The notes beneath the pieces are model-generated. The model saw only the letters and a list, made by a program, of their open reading frames with translations, did not search any database and was not told the DNA's origin. From the human T2T-CHM13v2.0 reference genome, Homo sapiens, in the NCBI RefSeq assembly GCF_009914755.1, contig NC_060943.1: a stretch of DNA of 64,000 bases. One strand, written 5' to 3'. Position numbers and translations under genes: made by a program. This document shows positions 58,034 through 64,000 of this stretch, one piece after another; position 1 is the first letter of the stretch, and each line of letters opens with the position of its first letter.

Positions 58034-60564
58034 CAATTGTGATCTGTTTAGGATGTTTTGCCCGTCTTGCTGTGTCTTTATTGCAAGGGTTCCAATAGCA
58101 CCTGAGGTAGTTTGTAGACTCTGGTTCTGTCTAATAAATTGGCTTCTTCAGGTGTCTATTTGCATATGTTGATATCACAGAATGAAGAAGGCCTGGAGCA
58201 GGACATTTTCCATTCAGATCCCTGAGGACAGTGGAGGCAGAGGCAGAGAGATGCAGAGGGCAATATCCCCACAGGGACGAGTGCAGAGAGCTTCTCTGCA
58301 GGAGAAAGATGAGGGCATTGTTTCCACGGGGATTTTTTTGAGGGCTGAGGCACAAGCAGCCACGCTTTGACACAAATCCCGCAAAAAAAAAGCTCTCAGG
58401 AAACAAAGCACAAAACCCGGACTTCTTCTCTCCTTTCTTGTGAAAGCTGCTACCTCAGAGGAGCGAGCATGGGAAAGGAGACTCCTGTTCACAGGAGGCT
58501 ACCAGCAGACTTTGGAAAGAGGGGATAGAACTCCTGGATCCATCCTGGAAGGCGGGTTGTCACCTAGGGCTCTTTGTCAGCAGGAGGGGCACAGCTGAGG
58601 TGGAGCCCAGGAGAGGCTGTGGCTCTTATCAGGACCTGCTGGGCCCAGAAAGCAGAGCCACAAAAGATGCAGGGATCGCCATGCAGGCTCCTCCCCGCCT
58701 CTCCCAGGAAACCAGACACCCACGGCAGAGGGAGGCTTCTGGAGCTCATGCTCACCCTCTCTCACAATGCTTAAATCCATGGTGGTGCTTAGAATGTTAG
58801 GAACCAAGGCAAAAGCCCCAGATTCACAACTGGATGAATGGTGCTAACAGAATCCAAATTTAGTTGGAGACAGATTTTCACACTTATTTGTTTCCCAAAG
58901 TTTAATTTTCATAAATTTTCATTTTAGAATACTACTGTTCTTTCCATGGCCACCCTATTTGTCCATCCCAGTTTAATCTGGGGCCATTGTCAACATCAGC
59001 CCCAAAAAGTACACCTGAACCCACCACACACCAGTCACTACATTGGCCAGAGGAGGACCAGCCATGGCATAGACCTCCTATCAGGGTGAGGTGGTCACTC
59101 AGAGGAGATCCCCGGAAGGCCCTTCCTGGTCAGAGGAGATCCCCAGATCTCTCCTGGCTTCTCCTGGCCTTTGATTAGGAACTCAGGACAGGCAGAAGCC
59201 CCTGAACTACCATCACCCTCACTGGCAGAGATGGTGGATTCCACAAGAATCACCTCTGGAGAGCTTTGGCCATGGGCTTCGGAACTCTTCATGGCACCAA
59301 CCTGCCTTAGCACCTGTTCTCCTAGGTTTTCTTCTCCATCTCTGCCATTTCTGGAACTGTCAGTTACTTCCCTGGAAGAGACATCCAAGTCTTACCATGG
59401 GAAACCTAGATCTGCCTTTTTAACTCTGCCCGACTCCCAGGCACTAGAAGAGGGGCTGAGGGAATTGGGCTGATGGCTCATCAGCCACCAGCTCTCCTAG
59501 ATGTCGTTGCATCCCTGCAGCTAATGCTGGTGGAGATCACCCAGGAGAAGCTCACAGCCTCCCACACCACAGCAGCTTCTCTAACGGGAGCAGGGTCCTC
59601 TGGCTTGGCCACTCCCGCAGTATTCTCAAGAGAGAAAGCAAAAAAGAGAAGCATCTTCTGCTCCCGTTTTAAGTTTCTCTTCCCTTCTCACCATGCCACA
59701 CCAGTGCAATGGTGAATAAATAAAGCAGAATGGGTGTCATCACCCAGAGGAGTCAGCTTCGCATTGTCAGAGAAGTCACTGAGCACCAAGACCTCCTTCT
59801 GGGGAGAAACAGAGGCTGGGAGCGGATGCTGTGGGAGGAGTCATGGTGCAGCATCTGGGGCTTGTGGGGAGGAAGCACAGAAAGCAAAGGTCCGAGAACC
59901 CCGCATCACATGCCCTTTTCAACACTCAGCCTCTGTCAGTCAGTTTGTTCTTTATGCAGAAAGAGAGATCAGGAGGAAGAATAGGAGAATTGAAAAGGGC
60001 AAGAAGGTTCAGGAAAATGGCTTGGTGGAAAATACCAAGCTGTTGCTTTGATTTGGAGCTTCTTTCTTTCCACAGCTCATCATCTGCTTCCACCCCAGGG
60101 TGATTTCAGCTGTCATCCTTCCTTCTGATCCTGCTTCCATTTCAGCTCTGGGATGTCTGCAGCCATGTCTCTTCCAGCCCCAGTCTCTCCATCCCTTCCC
60201 CTTTCCCCACTCCGTCTTCACATGAGATGCACACTCTGAGTGCCCTTCTAAACAGCTGCACCTTCTAATTCTCTCTAGAGAACATTAGCTCTTTGGTCTC
60301 CTCAGCACCAACCGTCTCGAGTTGTCTCAGCTACGGAGATACAGAGCCTTCCTTTCCTCTTAGGAGCATCACTCCTTCCCTATCTATGCATTTAATCAGA
60401 ATGGGAGCTGTCACATCTTTCTGAGGGGTGGCATCTATCCTGAGCTAATCTAAATATGTGTACCCACAATGGCAGGAGTGCTTGGTCCAGGGACGGAGCA
60501 CAAGGCAGATCAGTCGCAATGCTGTCATGAGGATTTCTAACTGAAGCTGAGGCATGAAGTATGG

Positions 60565-61110
60565 AAATAAACAAAGACCAACAAAATGAGAACTAGGAAA
60601 GCCTACGTATTCAGAGCTTTCAATGGAGCCAACCACCATCATTCGCATTTTAGCATCACTCAGGGTCAGACAGAGGAGTGGGAAAGCATTTTAGTAGAAA
60701 CAAGGGAAGGTTTCATGTGCGCCCTGATTGAAGGCTGTTGGCACAGGGAAGCTGTAGGCCTGCTACCTAGAAGAGGGGGTCCTAGGCAGTAGGTTAGGGG
60801 TGCATATTTGGATTTATCTGATTGGCCTTAATTTGGAAGCAGGGACAAACATTAGGAAATCTGTCAATTATAAATCAAGTCTTGACCATTTGGGGTTGAT
60901 TGTTTTAGAATTTATTGTTGAGCTTCCCCGATTTTCGCTAGAGAAGAGCCATCTGACTTTCTATATGTCTGACATATCAGACTGGCATCCTGGCCTGTTT
61001 ATTGTATATAAATGGGCCAGTTTCCTGGGTGGGTTTGATGGAGGTTGTGGGTCAAAGTTTCATCTTTCTATGTGGTCTGGCCACTGTCCAGTTGTATGTC
61101 CAGTGTCTCT
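60565..61110 (-). mobile_element. MER90/MER110-like ERV1 LTR
   Basis: GAGGTTGTGGGTCAAAGTT...TATGTGGTCTGGCCACTGTC; GGAAGCAGGGACAAACATTAGGAA. Confidence 0.7.
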
Positions 61111-61188
61111 GTAATTAAGATGATGAGGACCTACAGGTGGCCAGGTTTTTCTCCCTTGTAAGAAATAATCACTGTAAGAATGAGGCCA

Positions 61189-61473
61189 GGCCAGGCACAG
61201 TGGCTCACACCTGTAATCCTAGCACTTTGGGAGGCCGAGGTGGGTGGATCACCTGAGGTCAGGAATTTGAGACCAGCATGACCAACATGGCAAAACCCCG
61301 TCTCTACTAAAAATACAAAAATTTGTTAGGTGTGGTGGTGCACGCTTGTAATCCTAGCTACTTGGGAGGCTGAGGAATTGCTTGAATCCAGGCAGTAGAG
61401 GTTGCAGTGAGCCGAGATCATGCCACTGCAATCCAGCCTGCATGACAGGAGCGAGACTCCATCTCAAAAAATC
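61189..61473 (+). mobile_element. AluSx/Sq inside an MLT1 fragment (~61115-61660)
   Basis: Exact TSD AGAATGAGGCCA (61177-61188, 61474-61485). Confidence 0.94.
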
Positions 61474-62199
61474 AGAATGAGGCCAATAAGCAGAGAGAAG
61501 TGAGAATGAAAGAGAATGAAAGGCCAACAATAGCCTGGGTGCTGTTTGAGCTCCTGGTCCTAGCCATTCTAAGGATAGCTGCATTTCTGGCATTCTTTGT
61601 GGATTTCTGAGTCAATCCTTCCTTTGATGTTAAGAGCCAATAGTTACCATTTATGACTGCTAATTTGAGTTATGTGGCACCAGGGGAGTCCTGCCCTGCC
61701 TCCTCACTGGTGGCTTCCCCGCCACTGGCCCAGTGTTCCTTCCCATTCCTCGCCTGCCATGATCCCTGACATCTAATGCTGGTCATCAGAAGCCTGTATG
61801 AATCCACACCTTGGCAGCTTTCCTTCTTCCCTCCTTCAGACCCTCCAGCTTCCACTGCCCCTTTTGGGATCCTCTGATCAACCCTGTAAATCTCCTGCAG
61901 CCTGACTTTTTGTTCCACTTCCCTGCATGCTTTCCCCTCAGGGGTTGTCCACTCACGGGGCCTCAGTTATCACTTCTAAGTGGCTTCCAGGTTCCTGGGC
62001 CCAGCACTGATTCTCTCCTACCTGGGCCCCAGCATTACCGACCCAGTTTCCCATCTTCCCAGCAGCCTCACCAGGTCTCGCAAGGAACTCGGCACCTTCC
62101 ACAGCAAATGCTGTAGGGTTTCTGTTGGGAAGCAGGCTATAGCTCTGACACTGCTGAGCCGCAAATGTGAAGTCCTGTCTGGGCTTCTTCCCATTTCCT

Positions 62200-62340
62200 C
62201 TTATGTCTCATCCATAGACACAGCAGAAATTGTCATCTTCACAGGAAACAGAGACTTCAAGGGCTTTCCCAAAGTCAGAAGACTCATGAGCAGCAGAGCC
62301 AGCACATCTAGAAGCTGCGCTATGGCATTTTCCAAGCCAC
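62200..62340 (-). mobile_element. MIR fragment
   Basis: ACAGGAAACAGAGACT...CCCAAAGTCA...AGCAGAGCC. Confidence 0.5.
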
Positions 62341-63639
62341 GCTTCCTTGGAACCCTCTGGAACCACAGCACAGCTCTCAAGGAGACAGGCTGCTGTAGGG
62401 GCTTAGGATACATGTCCAGCTGCCCCAGTGACAGCCTCACTGCCCAAGCTGGAGGGCTGAGGCTGAAAAATCTTATAAATGCCATGGACTGAGTCTTGTC
62501 TTGGTTTTATCCACACATTCTCCCCAAGAATTTCCCCACAAATAAATTTATGTAACCAGATCATCTCTACAAGGTATGTCCCTGTTCAACCCCAATGTAG
62601 AGAATCTGAGTCTTAAAGAGTCAAAAGGAACCCAGAGGCTACCTCATAGAGACCTGTGCACAGCACACACTGCCCCATTCCTCAGCGCAGGCAAATAGCC
62701 CTCAAGACTCAGCTCAAACAGCTCTGTGCTGGGAAGCCACCAGAACAGCCTTCAAATTCATGAGTGACTTTGGTGGAAAGACTTCCTGATGCTAAGGTGA
62801 ATTGGGGCACAGCTTCCGCCCACTGTGAATTCTCCATCCGAAGCCACATGGCAGCCTTCCAGAAGCACCAAGCCTTCCTCAGCCAGTCCCCACTATGCCT
62901 CTTTTCTCAGGCTCAGCATCCTCAGTCCTCCAGGTGACCTGATTTCCAGGCACTTTCCCCCTGGCCTTTTCCCACCTAGACTGCCAGTCACCTGTTTAAC
63001 AGATGCCTCCCTAACTTGCTCTACCACCCCTCTGCAGGCAAGCAGCATCAGGCAAGGTGGGGCTTTCTCCTCTCTTGTTCTGGACTCTCTGTGTTTGTCA
63101 GTTCAGCCAAAAGTTCCCCTTAACTACCTCAAAATCATTTCAGATCTTGATAAAATTGAACAGGAGTCTGCCATTGAACCCTTGTCAGTAAGAACAAAAA
63201 CTGTAGCAGCAGCTGCGTGTCTCTTTCCTGAGAACCGAATAGGGACTCCTTTGGGTGCTGTTTTCAGATAATACAGCTTCTTCAATGTGACACACAGGAG
63301 TCCCACCCGGTAGCAGGGGTGCATTTTGAGTTCTTTGACAGTACTGTTATCAGATCTTGGTCACCATCCTAGACCAAGATACCCACATTCTGAAGGCATT
63401 GGGGTATCAGAGAAACTCCTTACAGTTTCCGAGTTTGAGGCCATTTTTCTTCCTCTTCACTAATAAATACACGAAGATTGGGATTTGTGTGTGTTGAGCT
63501 CATTTTAATAACAGGCAACAATAACTGTCCTGTTTGGCCTCAGCAAAAAGTCCAGAAAGATGCTAGAGTATTCCATGAGTATGATACAGAGGTGAAAGGA
63601 GATACGCAAGAATCTCCTTTTCAAGGTTTACATTCTGGA

Positions 63640-63900
63640 GTATCCCAGGTCACGTTTTCTAACAGCAAGCCTGAGACAGGGATTCTTGTATAAGTAATCA
63701 TTTGAGAGATGCTCTCAGGTGAGTTTGCTAGAAAATGAGGGAAGGAGAAGCAGCCGCGTGCTATCAGCAGAAGTCTCTTTTCCACCCGATTCTATGGGTT
63801 CTCTGGAGCGTGAATTTCACCACAGACATGAGCAAGGTCCATCCTTGTAAGGGGAGAAAAGAGGGGCAGTGCCTAACCCTCAGACATCAACAGCAGATAA
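63640..63900 (-). mobile_element. LTR16A/B-like LTR fragment
   Basis: AGCCTGAGACAGGGATTCTTGTATAAGT...GATGCTCTCAGG. Confidence 0.55.
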
Positions 63901-64000
63901 CTATTCTCCTAAAAAGGTGCAGGTGTGAGCCATTTTCAGCTGACACCCACAGCAGGCGAGAAGTGGTTGCACTGGCCAGATAAAAGGCTCCTGGGTGGGG

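Noticed and set aside
61980-62492. 170-aa ORF, and similar 150-165 aa ORFs at 9526, 36017, 36733, 37806, 40481 and 55974
   Set aside because: No recognisable motifs, several overlap MIR/MER repeats, many have non-ATG starts, and such lengths are expected by chance in 64 kb.

Overview
Hominoid (most likely human) non-coding, repeat-rich genomic DNA. I find no host protein-coding exon, tRNA/rRNA, CRISPR array or novel gene system. The only real protein-coding homology is transposon-derived: a full-length but disabled L1PA2/3-type LINE-1 (17294-23355), L1 fragments, and a near full-length HSMAR2 mariner fossil. The rest is Alus, MIR/L2, solo LTRs (THE1, MST, MER4, MER11, MER66, MER73-like, LTR10, LTR16, LTR33, MLT1, MER90-like) and hAT MITEs, often nested and many with readable target-site duplications (TSDs). 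Subfamily names are from recalled consensus sequences, not a RepeatMasker run. The most unusual signals are small rearrangement scars visible directly in the sequence: a double fold-back (two adjacent hairpins plus A25) at 8663-8787; an L1 3' transduction at 50890-51390; a 15-nt patch copied from elsewhere in L1 ORF2 over the endonuclease GDFNTP motif (19712-19735); a 201-bp dispersed duplication; a ~90-bp inverted insertion inside an MLT1; and two twin-primed L1s. These belong to known mechanism classes, so they are not a new biological system, though the individual events may be undescribed.
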